Shown here in pieces: positions 27,145 through 39,165 of a stretch of 64,000 bases of DNA. The stretch's first letter is position 1, and each line of letters opens with the position of its first letter. The translations under genes and the position numbers were made by a program. The notes under the pieces were generated by a model that saw only the letters and a list, made by a program, of their open reading frames with translations, made no database searches and had not been told where the DNA came from. The stretch is taken from positions 316 to 64,315 of the forward strand of contig DASZZP010000085.1 of the NCBI GenBank assembly GCA_035544875.1, given 5' to 3'. This DNA is from Thermoanaerobaculia bacterium. Lineage in GTDB: Bacteria; Acidobacteriota; Thermoanaerobaculia; Multivoradales; UBA5704.

Positions 27145-28527
27145 ATGAACGGACCAGCCACCCGCGGAACGTACACCGTCGCCGGCCTGCTGGCCGCAGC
27201 GGCGATCGCGATCGTCGTTCAGGCACAGCAGGGAGAAGTTGCGTCCAGCTACGGCCCGACGAATCAGAGCCGGACCTTCGAGCAGATCAAGGCGGCACGC
27301 CTGGCCGTGAAGGCCGAACGGTCCAAGGAGCACACGGGGCTTCTGAACAGGCGCTATGACCTTGGGAAGAGAACGACTTCAGAAACCACCATGTCCGGCG
27401 GCAAGCCCGTACCCGTGGGGCCGACGGCCAGACTCCGTGAGGTGACGTGGGATCAGCTCGATGCGATGACACCCGCGCAGATCCGGGAGAAGGAGCTCTT
27501 TCCGTACCCGCCCCTACCCTTTCCGGACCACGCCGAAGGGGGCATGCTCTTTCCTCAAATGACGCTGAAGCTTCTGCCGAGGCTGACCCGCTTCGACGTG
27601 GACTTCGACCTGCCCGAGCAAGTCCTTCCCGATCCGGTCCCCGCCATGTACCTCACCACCCGCCCGGACCTCGGTGACGTCGCCAAGGGCCGCCTCATCA
27701 CGATCCAGAACTACTACGAGATCTTCAACGGCATCCTGAACCCCAAGCAGCTCGAAGGACTGCGGCTCCTGCTCACCCAGTTCCCGCAACAGCAGTTCAA
27801 CGCCACCGAGGACCGGCGAACGGACCGGGCGGACGGCATGCTGGGCGTGACGTGCTTCGACTGTCACGTCAACGGGCACACCAACAAGGCCACGCACCTT
27901 GTGGGAGACATCCGGCCGCAGGAGTTCCGCCACCGCATCACCACACCCTCCCTGCGGGGCGTGAACATCCAGCGGCTCTTCGGCTCCCAGCGCGCGCTCA
28001 AGACCGTCGAGGACTTCACGGAGTTCGAGCAGCGCGGTGCTTACTTCGACGGTGACATGGCGATGGCCGCCAAGAAGGGGGTCAACGTCCTGGAACGCGC
28101 CAGCCAGGTCCACTTCATGGCCGAATTCATGGCGATCCTGGACTTTCCGCCCGCGCCCAAGCTCGACATCTACGGCAAATTGGACGCCACGAGGGCCCAG
28201 CCGGCGGAGCTGAGGGGCGAGGCGCTCTTCAACGGCAAGGCCCGGTGCGCCGGCTGCCACCCGGCCCCCTACTACACCGACAATTCCATGCACGACCTCC
28301 AAGCCGAGCGGTTCTACAAGCAAGAGCTCGTCGACGGGATGATGATGGCCCACGACGGACCCATCAAGACCTTTCCGCTACGCGGGATCAAGGACTCCCC
28401 ACCCTACCTGCACGACGGGCGCTGCCTCACTCTGGAGGACGCGGTGGAGTACTTCAGTCTGGTGCAGCAGCTTCACCTGGCGGCTCAGGAGAAGAAGGAC
28501 CTGGTTGCCTTCCTGCGCGCACTGTGA
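27145..28527 (+). CDS. Di-haem cytochrome c peroxidase/MauG-family protein
   Basis: Two CxxCH haem motifs (VTCFDCHVNGH and RCAGCHPAPYY). The C-terminal ..PLRGIKDSPPYLHDGRCLTLEDAV.. is typical of the CCP family. The N-terminus has a TM/signal segment. Confidence 0.8.
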   Translation: MNGPATRGTYTVAGLLAAAAIAIVVQAQQGEVASSYGPTNQSRTFEQIKAARLAVKAERSKEHTGLLNRRYDLGKRTTSETTMSGGKPVPVGPTARLREVTWDQLDAMTPAQIREKELFPYPPLPFPDHAEGGMLFPQMTLKLLPRLTRFDVDFDLPEQVLPDPVPAMYLTTRPDLGDVAKGRLITIQNYYEIFNGILNPKQLEGLRLLLTQFPQQQFNATEDRRTDRADGMLGVTCFDCHVNGHTNKATHLVGDIRPQEFRHRITTPSLRGVNIQRLFGSQRALKTVEDFTEFEQRGAYFDGDMAMAAKKGVNVLERASQVHFMAEFMAILDFPPAPKLDIYGKLDATRAQPAELRGEALFNGKARCAGCHPAPYYTDNSMHDLQAERFYKQELVDGMMMAHDGPIKTFPLRGIKDSPPYLHDGRCLTLEDAVEYFSLVQQLHLAAQEKKDLVAFLRAL

Positions 28528-28531
28528 GCGC

Positions 28532-28596
28532 AGAGCCCGCCCTCCGGGAAGCTCGCGCTTGCTTGCGGGCTCTCTCGTTCCTGCTTGCCCTTTTTT
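28532..28596 (+). terminator. Possible terminator hairpin after the peroxidase gene
   Basis: A 9-bp stem, AGAGCCCGC (28532-40) with GCGGGCTCT (28565-73), and a T6 run at 28591-96. The loop is long and the T-run is distal, so this is weak. Confidence 0.25.
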
Positions 28597-28715
28597 GGCA
28601 CGGGATTGGCATTGGCTCGAATCAGACCAGGGGCGGGGCCATCCGGACGGCCGCGTGCCCTTTCTTGTGGAACGGGCAGCTGGCCCCCCCGGTCGCCCAG
28701 CCGACGAGGTGACCC

Positions 28716-30206
28716 ATGAGAGCGCTCAAAACCGCCATCCTGACCGTGCTCGCCATCGCCGCCGGCGGCGGCTGCCTCTCTTCCCAGCCGCCGCCGCCCG
28801 GCCAGCCCTATGAGCCGCCGCCGCCGGCTTACAACCCGCCGCCCGACTACAACGCGCCGCCGTCCTACCCGCCGGACGGCGCTCCGCCGCCGAATCCGGA
28901 CCAGGGGAGCTACGACCAGGGCTACGGCGACCAGCCCGCGCCCGGGCCGGGCGGCGAGATCGACGTCAGCTTCTTCTATGACTCGCTGGCCCCGTATGGC
29001 GAGTGGGTCGAGAGCGCCGACTACGGCTGGGTCTGGGTGCCGCGCGTGCAGTACGGTTGGCGCCCCTACACCGATGGCCACTGGATCTACACCGAGGACG
29101 GCTGGGCCTGGGTCGCCAACGAGCGCTGGGGTTGGGGTCCCTTCCACTACGGGCGCTGGTACGACGACGACCAGTACGGCTGGGCCTGGGTGCCCGGACC
29201 GGTCTGGGCGCCGGCGTGGGTCTCCTGGCAGGCCGGCGCCGGCTACGTCGGCTGGGCGCCGCTGCCTCCCCGGATCGGCTTTCGCATTGGCATCGGTCTC
29301 GAGCTGGGCGGCCTCGACCTGCGCGTCGCCATCCCGGCGCATTGGTACAGCTTCGTCCCCGAGCACCAGATCCTGGCGCCGCGGGTGGCCGACGTCGTGG
29401 TGCCGCCGGCCCGCAACGTGACGATCATCCACAACACCATCAACATCACCAACTACACCGTGGTCAGCAACCGCGTCGTCAACCGCGGCGTGCCGGTGGA
29501 GCACGTCCAGCAAGTCATCGGCCGCCCCATCCAGCCGCTGCGCATCGCCAGCGTCCCCACGCCGGCCGCCGCGCACGCCGTGGCGGGCAATCAGGTCACC
29601 TTCTTCCGCCCGCCGGTGCGGACGGCGCAGACCGCCCAGGCGCCGCCGCCCATCCGCTCCGTGCGCCCCGAGACCGGAGGGCAGCCGCAGCCGCCGCAGC
29701 GCTCCCAGCCGGCACCGACCCGGCCGTCCGACAACACTCAGGCCCAACCGCCGCGGACCGCCCGCCCCGAGAGCGCCCCGGGCGCCGCGGCGCAAGGGCC
29801 GGCGGCCGCCGCGGCTGTGCCCCGGCCGCCGCGCTACACCCCGCGCGAGACCACGGCCGAGCAGCTCAACCAGCGCCATCAGAGCGAGCAGCAGGCGCTG
29901 CAGGCCTACCAGCAGAGTGAGCGCCAGCGCCTGCAGCAGCTTCACCAGCAGGACCTCGCGAGCCGCCAGGAGCAGGCGCAGCGCGACGCGGCCGCGAAGC
30001 AGCACGCCGACGAGCTGCAGGCCCTGCAGTCCCAGCATCAGCACCAGCAGCAGGCGCTGCAGGGCCGCCAGCAGCGGGAGCGCCAGGCGGTGCAGAGCCA
30101 GCCGCCGGCGAAGCAGCAGCAACCGCCGCCGCAGCGCAAGCCGCCGCCCCCAGCCGACAAGCGGCCGCCGCAGAACCCGCCGCCCGCCGGCCCGCCCGCG
30201 GGTTGA
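28716..30206 (+). CDS. Lipoprotein with Trp-rich WxxGxW/YGWxW repeats (DUF6600-like) and a Gln-rich coiled C-terminus
   Basis: Lipobox ..AIAAGGGC. A Pro-rich linker. Then [69 protein letters not shown]. The tail is rich in Q/R heptads. Confidence 0.7.
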   Translation: MRALKTAILTVLAIAAGGGCLSSQPPPPGQPYEPPPPAYNPPPDYNAPPSYPPDGAPPPNPDQGSYDQGYGDQPAPGPGGEIDVSFFYDSLAPYGEWVESADYGWVWVPRVQYGWRPYTDGHWIYTEDGWAWVANERWGWGPFHYGRWYDDDQYGWAWVPGPVWAPAWVSWQAGAGYVGWAPLPPRIGFRIGIGLELGGLDLRVAIPAHWYSFVPEHQILAPRVADVVVPPARNVTIIHNTINITNYTVVSNRVVNRGVPVEHVQQVIGRPIQPLRIASVPTPAAAHAVAGNQVTFFRPPVRTAQTAQAPPPIRSVRPETGGQPQPPQRSQPAPTRPSDNTQAQPPRTARPESAPGAAAQGPAAAAAVPRPPRYTPRETTAEQLNQRHQSEQQALQAYQQSERQRLQQLHQQDLASRQEQAQRDAAAKQHADELQALQSQHQHQQQALQGRQQRERQAVQSQPPAKQQQPPPQRKPPPPADKRPPQNPPPAGPPAG

Positions 30207-30541
30207 GCATGGAGCCGCAGCCGCCCGGCCGCCGGAGCCGCGCCGCGCGCCGGCATCGCCCGCCGCCGTCGCGCCACTTTGTTTCAGCCGCCGGCCGGGC
30301 AGGCCGGCGACTTCGCGTACCGGTATCATCAGCGCTGAACGGGGCAAGCGGCAATCCAAGCTTGCGCTGAGAGAGCGCGCGTTCTGAATACTTGATAATG
30401 CGAGAAGGAAAAGGTGCGAGAGGTTTTGTCACAAGAATCGTGTAGAATCACGAGGACGTAGTTTGTCCTCGCCAATGAATGCTCTTTGGCGATCTTATGC
30501 GGCGTCGTTGCAGGGGGGCAGGGCGCCGGGAGGTATCGGCT

Positions 30542-31174
30542 ATGATCAAAGTCCTGATTGCCGACGACCATGTCATCTTTCGCGAAGGGCTGAAGAGGAT
30601 CCTCGAGACCGCGTTGGGGATCGAAGTCGTCGCCGAGGCGGCGAGCGGCGAGGAGGCGCTGCAGCGGGCATGGGACAGCAGTCCGAACGTCGTTCTGCTG
30701 GACGTCTCGATGCCCGGGCGGGGCGGCATCGAGACTGTGCAGGAGTTCAAGCGGCGCGACTCAAAGATCAAGATCCTGATGCTGACCGCCCACCCGGAGG
30801 ACCACTTCGCCGTGCGTTGCCTGCGCGAAGGGGCCGACGGCTACGTCACCAAGAACGCGGCGCCGGAGCAGCTGGTGGCGGCGCTGCGCAAGATCGCCAA
30901 CGGCGGCAAGTACGTCAGCCCGTCCCTTGCCGAGCGCCTGGCCTTCAACCTCGACGCCAGCTTTGAACGCCCCGAGCACGAGCGGCTCTCGGCCCGCGAG
31001 CTGCAGGTGTTGCTGCTCATCTCCGCCGGCATGACGGCGAGCGCGATCGCCGTCGACCTGCATCTGAGCGTCAAGACCGTCAGCACCTATCGCGCCCGGA
31101 TTCTCGAAAAGATGCACATGAAGACCAACGCCGAGATAATGCACTATGCCATCGAGCTCGGCCTCGGACGTTGA
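30542..31174 (+). CDS. NarL/FixJ (LuxR-type HTH) response regulator
   Basis: MIKVLIADDHVIFREGL..VLLDVSMPGRGG..MLTAH.. is the receiver domain. The C-terminal LSARELQVLLLISAGMTASAIAVDLHLSVKTVSTYRARILEKM is a LuxR HTH. Confidence 0.9.
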   Translation: MIKVLIADDHVIFREGLKRILETALGIEVVAEAASGEEALQRAWDSSPNVVLLDVSMPGRGGIETVQEFKRRDSKIKILMLTAHPEDHFAVRCLREGADGYVTKNAAPEQLVAALRKIANGGKYVSPSLAERLAFNLDASFERPEHERLSARELQVLLLISAGMTASAIAVDLHLSVKTVSTYRARILEKMHMKTNAEIMHYAIELGLGR

Positions 31175-31550
31175 GCCCGCATCGCGGCCATTCTGCCGCA
31201 TGTAGTCGGCGCGATGACGTTTCCCTGATCCAACGGGCTGCATGAGCTGCCGGCCGATCGCGCGATATCGTAGCCGCTGCGTGCCTGATTCAAAAGGGAA
31301 GCTTCAAAAGCGAAGTCTCGCCTCTTCTCGGGGAAAATGCGTAGGTGGAGGGGCGATTGACGCGAAAAACTCGGCCTCCACTTCGCAGAATTACGTAGGT
31401 GGGTGGCCGACAGGCCATAGCAATTCGTCCTACATGAGCGTGGGGAATCGGCTGATTCTTTCGCTTGCTTCCAAGCCGTTATCGTTGAGCGAGCTCCAGG
31501 ATTCGTGACCCGGGTCTTCCCCCCGGAGCGCCGCTGGACGCATTGCCGCC

Positions 31551-34242
<2,692 letters not shown>

Positions 34243-34253
<11 letters not shown>

Positions 34254-34641
34254 GCAGATCCTGATCGTCGACGACAATCCGGCGAACCTCAAGCTCGCCC
34301 GGGTGCTGCTCGCCGCCGAGGGCTACGAGGTCCGCGTCGCGGCGGACGCCGAAGAGGCGCTGGCGGTCCTCGCCGGCTTCTCGCCGCTGCTGATCCTGAT
34401 GGACCTCCAGCTGCCGGGCATGGACGGCCTCACCCTGACCCGGCGCCTGAAGGAGGACCCCGGCACGCACGAGGTCATCATCGTCGCCCTGACCGCCGAT
34501 GCGATGAAGGGCGACGAGCAGAAGGCCCTCGCGGCGGGCTGCGACGCCTACGTCGCGAAGCCGATCGACACCCGCGCCCTGCCGCGCGAGATCGCGCGCT
34601 TTCTCCGCGAGCAGGGTGGGCGGAAGCAGGCGCTGCGATGA
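34243..34641 (+). CDS. Stand-alone CheY-like response regulator
   Basis: ..[38 protein letters not shown] non-ATG start overlaps the kinase stop by 11 nt, and its own stop forms an ATGA overlap with the next gene. Confidence 0.85.
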
Positions 34642-37600
34642 AGCCTCATACCATCCTGGTCGTCGAGGACAACCCGCTGACCAGGAAGATGCTGCGCGTC
34701 ACCCTGGAAAGCGGCGGTTACCAGGTCGTCGAGGCCGGCGATGGGCGCTCGGGGCTGGCGGCGCTGGCGCTGCGCCGGCCGAGCCTGGTGGTCGTCGACT
34801 ACGTGCTCCCCGATACCGACGGCCTGCGGCTGCTCGCCGAGATCCGCCGCCAGACTGGCGCGCCTGAGCTGCCGGCCCTCCTGGTGACCGGGAGGCTCGC
34901 GCTCGAAGAGCTGCGCGGCGAGAGCGAAGCGGTGACCCATTTCCTGCCCAAGCCGGTCGAGCCGTCGCGGCTGCTCGAGGTCGTCGCCGCACATCTCTGC
35001 GCCGCCGAGCAAGGAGGCCGCGGGCGCAAGATCCTGCTGGTGGACGACGAGCCCCTGAACCTCAAGCTCGCGTCGCTGCACTTGCAGAACAAGGGCTACG
35101 AAGTGGAGACGGCGCACGGGGCGGAAGAAGGCCTCGAGAAAGCCCGGCGCAGGGCGCCCGATGCCATCCTCGCCGATGTCCTGATGCCGGTGATGGACGG
35201 CTTCGCCTTCTGTGCCGAGGTGCGCCGCGACCCCCTGCTCGCGGCGATCCCCATCGTCCTCTTCTCTTCCTTCGTCGACGACGCGGACCGGGAGCTGGCG
35301 CGCAGGATGGGGGCGAATGCCTTGGTGACCCGCACCCCCGACTTCCGCGAATCCCGTGCGGCGCTCGAGGAGATCCTGCGCGGCGGCCAGCATCCGCCCG
35401 CGCCGAGCGCCGGCGATGAAGTCGCGGCGCTGCACCGCGAGCGCCTCCAGATCCAGCTCGAGCGCCAGAAGGCCCAGAACGAGACGCTGCTGCGCGAGGC
35501 GGCCATCCACTCGACCACCCTGGCGGTCATGAGCAGTCTGTCGGAGGTCCTGACCCAGCCGCAAGACGTGCCCAGGGTCATCGGCGAGCTGCTGGTCCAG
35601 TGCCTCAACGCCGCCGGACTGTCGACCGGTCTGCTCTATATCCTGGAGCCGGGAAACCGCTACCGGCTGGAAGCGCACTCCGGCGTGCCGGTTGGGGCGC
35701 GGCAGGACGCGGAGAGCTGCTTCGGCCATCCGGAGATCATCGGCCGGATCGTCGAATCGAGCCGCAAGTCGGCCTACCTGTGTGTCACCCCCGGGGCCGA
35801 CCCGGAAACCCGCGACTTTCTGGCCCGTCTCGGACGCCCCTGCGCGCTGATCGTCCCCTTCGTCGTCCTGGGCCAGGATTTCGGCGTGCTGGTGCTCACC
35901 TCGGACACCCAGGACCTGGCGGAGGACAGCTGGGTCGGTTTCGGCCACAGCCTGGCCGTGCAGTTCGGCCAGACTGTGGCGCTCGGCCAGTCGCTCACCC
36001 GCCTTGCGGCGTCGGAGAAGCGCTATCGCGCCCTGATGGAGCAGGCCAACGACGCCATCTTGATCCTCGATCCGCCGCAGCGGATCGTCGAGGCGAACCG
36101 CGAGGCCGAGCGGCTACTGGGGCGCCCGCGCGAGGAGATCCTGGAGCGGCGCTACGACGACTTCGTGGTGCCGGACGAGCTGGAAGACTCGGCGCGGCGC
36201 GCGGAGGTCCTGCTCAGCGAAGGAACGGTGAGGATCGAGCGCCATCTGCTGCGCGCCGACGGTACGCGCGCCGCGGTCGAAGTGTCAGCCGCCCTGGTGC
36301 GGCTGGGCGAGGAGTCGAAGATCCTGGTCATCTTGCACGACATCACCGAGCGCCAGCGGTCCGAGGCGGCCCTGCGCGAGGCGCAGCAGCGGCTCCAGCA
36401 CGTCGTCTCCTCGAGCCCGGCCGTCCTCTTCACCCTCGGGGTCGCGAACGGGCAGATCGCCGCCGCCACCTGGGTCAGCGACAACATCGAGCGGCTGACC
36501 GGCGACAGCGCGGCCGAGGCGCTGGCGCCGGACTGGTGGCTCGACCGCCTCCACCCCGACGACCGCGGCATGGGCCTCCTCCCCTCGCTGCTCGCCCAGG
36601 GCTCCGCCGCCTATGAGGCCCGCCTTCGCCACAAGCGCGGCGACTACCTCTGGATCCGCTCCGAGCTGAGGGTGGTCCACGACGCGAGCGGCGAGCCGGT
36701 CGAGGTCGTCGGCTCATGGTCGGACGTCACCGCGCGCAAGGAGATGGAGCTCAAGCTGCAGCAGAGCGAGGTGCAGTACCGGCTGCTGTTCGACTACAAC
36801 CCGCAGCCGATGATGGTTTGCGACGACGAGACCCTCGCCTTCCTCGCGGTCAACGAGGCCGCCGTTTGCCACTACGGCTACGCGCGCGCAGAGTTCCTCG
36901 CCATGTCCGCTCACGACATCTGTCTCCCCGAGGAGGTCCGGCTGCTCGTGGAGGAGAGGGCGAGGCTCGATCGGGCAAAGCGAGAGGTCTTTCACTCGGT
37001 CCGCCCGATGCGCCACCGCACCAGGGACGGCCGGCTCCTCGACGTCGACGTCGCCGCCAGCCCGATCGAGTTCCGGCGCCGGCGGGCCTGGCTGGTTCTG
37101 GCCCACGACGTCACCGAGAAGATGCGGCTCGAAGCCCAGTTCCTGCAGGCGCAGAAGATGGAGTCGGTGGGCCGGCTCGCCGGCGGCGTGGCGCACGACT
37201 TCAACAACCTGCTCACCCTCATCCTGGGCTACGGCAGCCTGCTGCTCGGCCCGCTCGCCGACCGCCCCGAGCTGCGGCGGCGGGTCGAGGAGATCCTGCG
37301 CGCCGGCGAGAGCGCGGCGACGCTGACCCGCCAGCTGCTCGCCTTCAGCCGCCGCCAGCTGCTGGTGCCGGAGATCCTCGACCTCAACGCGCTGATCCGC
37401 CAGCTCCAGCAGATGCTGCGGCGGCTGATCCGCGAGGACATCGAGCTGGTCACCGATCTCGGCGAGCAGCTCGGCCGCATCCGGGCCGATGCCGGGCAGA
37501 TGGAGCAGGTGATCATGAACCTGGTGATCAACTCGCGCGACGCCATGCCGCACGGCGGCAAGATCACCATTCACACCCGCAACGAGCCGGCCGCGGAGGG

Positions 37601-38264
37601 AAGAACCGAGCAGGCCGAATCCGTGGTGCTGTCGATCCGCGACACCGGGGCCGGCATGGACAGCTCCATCCTGCAGCATGTCTTCGAGCCGTTCTTCACC
37701 ACCAAGGAGGAGGGCAAGGGGACCGGGCTGGGTCTGGCGATGGTGTACGGGATCGTTCACCAGAGCGGCGGCCGGATCACGGTCGAAAGCCAGCCGGGAG
37801 AAGGCGCCGCCTTCACCGTCTACCTACCGCGCACCGAGGAGGCGGCGAGCCCTTCTCGGCCGCCCGATCGGCTCCTCTGGCAGCGCGGCTACGAGACGAT
37901 CCTGCTGGCGGAGGACGCGGCGCAGATCCGGGAGCTGGCGCGCGAGATCCTCGCCGGCTGTGGCTACGTCGTGCTGGTGGCGTCAGGAACCGCGGAGGCG
38001 CTCGCGCTCGCCGACCGGCACATCGGGCCGATCCACCTGCTGCTCACCGACGTGATCATGCCCGGCGCCAGCGGGGTCGAGCTGGGCGAGTGGCTGTCCG
38101 CCCGGCGCCCCGGCCTGCGCGTGCTCTACATGTCGGGCTACACCTCGCGCGCGGTGCAGCCCGAGAACCTGCGGCCGGGCGTCGGCTTCGTCCAGAAGCC
38201 GTTCAAGCCCGAAGCCCTGGCGCAAAAGGTGCGCGAGGCGCTCGACGGCCCCGCCGCGAGCTGA
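34638..38264 (+). CDS. 1208-aa hybrid histidine kinase (2 N-terminal REC, GAF-like, 3 PAS, HisKA, HATPase_c, C-terminal REC)
   Basis: [13 protein letters not shown].. and [13 protein letters not shown].. are the two N-terminal REC domains. The PAS blocks are ..[16 protein letters not shown].. and ..[16 protein letters not shown]... It also has ..[13 protein letters not shown].. (H-box), ..[15 protein letters not shown].. and ..[19 protein letters not shown]. Confidence 0.9.
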   Translation: MKPHTILVVEDNPLTRKMLRVTLESGGYQVVEAGDGRSGLAALALRRPSLVVVDYVLPDTDGLRLLAEIRRQTGAPELPALLVTGRLALEELRGESEAVTHFLPKPVEPSRLLEVVAAHLCAAEQGGRGRKILLVDDEPLNLKLASLHLQNKGYEVETAHGAEEGLEKARRRAPDAILADVLMPVMDGFAFCAEVRRDPLLAAIPIVLFSSFVDDADRELARRMGANALVTRTPDFRESRAALEEILRGGQHPPAPSAGDEVAALHRERLQIQLERQKAQNETLLREAAIHSTTLAVMSSLSEVLTQPQDVPRVIGELLVQCLNAAGLSTGLLYILEPGNRYRLEAHSGVPVGARQDAESCFGHPEIIGRIVESSRKSAYLCVTPGADPETRDFLARLGRPCALIVPFVVLGQDFGVLVLTSDTQDLAEDSWVGFGHSLAVQFGQTVALGQSLTRLAASEKRYRALMEQANDAILILDPPQRIVEANREAERLLGRPREEILERRYDDFVVPDELEDSARRAEVLLSEGTVRIERHLLRADGTRAAVEVSAALVRLGEESKILVILHDITERQRSEAALREAQQRLQHVVSSSPAVLFTLGVANGQIAAATWVSDNIERLTGDSAAEALAPDWWLDRLHPDDRGMGLLPSLLAQGSAAYEARLRHKRGDYLWIRSELRVVHDASGEPVEVVGSWSDVTARKEMELKLQQSEVQYRLLFDYNPQPMMVCDDETLAFLAVNEAAVCHYGYARAEFLAMSAHDICLPEEVRLLVEERARLDRAKREVFHSVRPMRHRTRDGRLLDVDVAASPIEFRRRRAWLVLAHDVTEKMRLEAQFLQAQKMESVGRLAGGVAHDFNNLLTLILGYGSLLLGPLADRPELRRRVEEILRAGESAATLTRQLLAFSRRQLLVPEILDLNALIRQLQQMLRRLIREDIELVTDLGEQLGRIRADAGQMEQVIMNLVINSRDAMPHGGKITIHTRNEPAAEGRTEQAESVVLSIRDTGAGMDSSILQHVFEPFFTTKEEGKGTGLGLAMVYGIVHQSGGRITVESQPGEGAAFTVYLPRTEEAASPSRPPDRLLWQRGYETILLAEDAAQIRELAREILAGCGYVVLVASGTAEALALADRHIGPIHLLLTDVIMPGASGVELGEWLSARRPGLRVLYMSGYTSRAVQPENLRPGVGFVQKPFKPEALAQKVREALDGPAAS

Positions 38265-38301
38265 GCCGCGGCGCCTCATCTCCCGGAAGGATGAAAGCTT
38301 C

Positions 38302-38371
38302 TTTGGCCCGGAGCGGCCTGAGGACCGCCGCAGACCTGCGGGGCTGCGCGGCGGCGCGGAAGTACGCCGGG
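38302..38371 (+). repeat. Copy C of the ~70-nt intergenic repeat family
   Basis: CTTTGGCCCGGAGCGGCCTGAGGACCGCCGCAGACCTGCGGGGCTGCGCGGCGGCGCGGAAGTACGCCGGG. It lies 38 nt after the kinase stop. Confidence 0.55.
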
Positions 38372-38401
38372 TTTCGGGGAGGGTTCGCGGGTCGTGGTGT
38401 A

Positions 38402-38510
38402 GAGCGCCGAAGGCCGCCGGAGCCGGCTGTGTGGTGAAGCGAGCACAGCCGGCTCCGGCGGCCTTCGGCGCTCCGGACCGGCGGCGGGGCGCGGAGGCCT
38501 GCCACCTGGG
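38402..38510 (+). repeat. Palindromic element, copy 1 (perfect 30-bp arms, 12-nt loop, ~38-nt tail)
   Basis: GAGCGCCGAAGGCCGCCGGAGCCGGCTGTG (38402-31) with its exact reverse complement (38444-73). The tail is CGGACCGGCGGCGGGGCGCGGAGGCCTGCC. Confidence 0.85.
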
Positions 38511-38580
38511 CCTGGCGTGATACGGGCTCGACCCACTGAACCGACTTCAGAAATAATGGGACTCGAGGAGGGGATCTCCC

Positions 38581-38883
38581 ATGCGCCATTCTCAGTCGGC
38601 CGAGTCGGTGCGTATCGCGGCGCCCTGCGGCCACGTCGCGGCGGTGAAGCTCCAGGAGGTGCGGCGCCCCGCCGCCGGTTGCGAAGACTGCCTCAAGATC
38701 GGCGGCCGCTGGCTCCACCTGCGGACCTGCCTGAGCTGTGGCCATGTCGGATGCTGCGATTCCTCGCCCAACCGGCACGCGACGAAGCACTTCCACACCA
38801 GCGGCCATCCGATCGTGACCTCCGCCGAGCCCGGCGAGACCTGGATCTGGTGCTACGTCGACGAGCAGGAGCTGGCGCCCTGA
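38581..38883 (+). CDS. UBP-type zinc-finger protein
   Basis: ..GCEDCLKIGGRWLHLRTCLSCGHVGCCDSSPNRHATKHFHTSGHPIV..WIWCY is the classic zf-UBP Cys/His pattern. 100 aa. Confidence 0.85.
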   Translation: MRHSQSAESVRIAAPCGHVAAVKLQEVRRPAAGCEDCLKIGGRWLHLRTCLSCGHVGCCDSSPNRHATKHFHTSGHPIVTSAEPGETWIWCYVDEQELAP

Positions 38884-39020
38884 ACCGAGGCGCGCCGACT
38901 CGACGCCGATCGAAGCCGCGTCAGCCCTGCGCGGCAGGTCTCCGCGCCCCCTTGCCGGTCCCGCAGCCCAGCGATCGCCGCTTGCCGGGCTTGGTCAACT
39001 ACCTAGAGCCTGCATCGCGC

Positions 39021-39133
39021 CAGCCCCGCGCGGCAGGTCTCCGCGCCCCCTCGCCGGTCCGGAGCGCCGAAGGTCGCCGGCCCCGGCCGTGTTCGCTTCA
39101 CCACACGGCCGGGGCCGTCGACCTCCGGCGCTG
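39021..39133 (-). repeat. Palindromic element, copy 2, inverted relative to copy 1
   Basis: Arms at 39062-39092 and 39103-39133 (2 mismatches). The loop is the reverse complement of the copy-1 loop. The tail (39021-39061) matches the reverse complement of the copy-1 tail. An extra tail-only copy lies at 38921-38960. Confidence 0.8.
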
Positions 39134-39165
39134 CTCACCAGCGATCGGTGACTGACGCCTGAACT

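Noticed and set aside
30207-30541. An AT-richer gap upstream of the NarL-type regulator with TTGTCA and TAGAAT hexamers that resemble a sigma-70 promoter.
   Set aside because: The spacing between the two hexamers is only about 11 nt, and the promoter consensus of this organism is unknown. That is not enough support to call a promoter.
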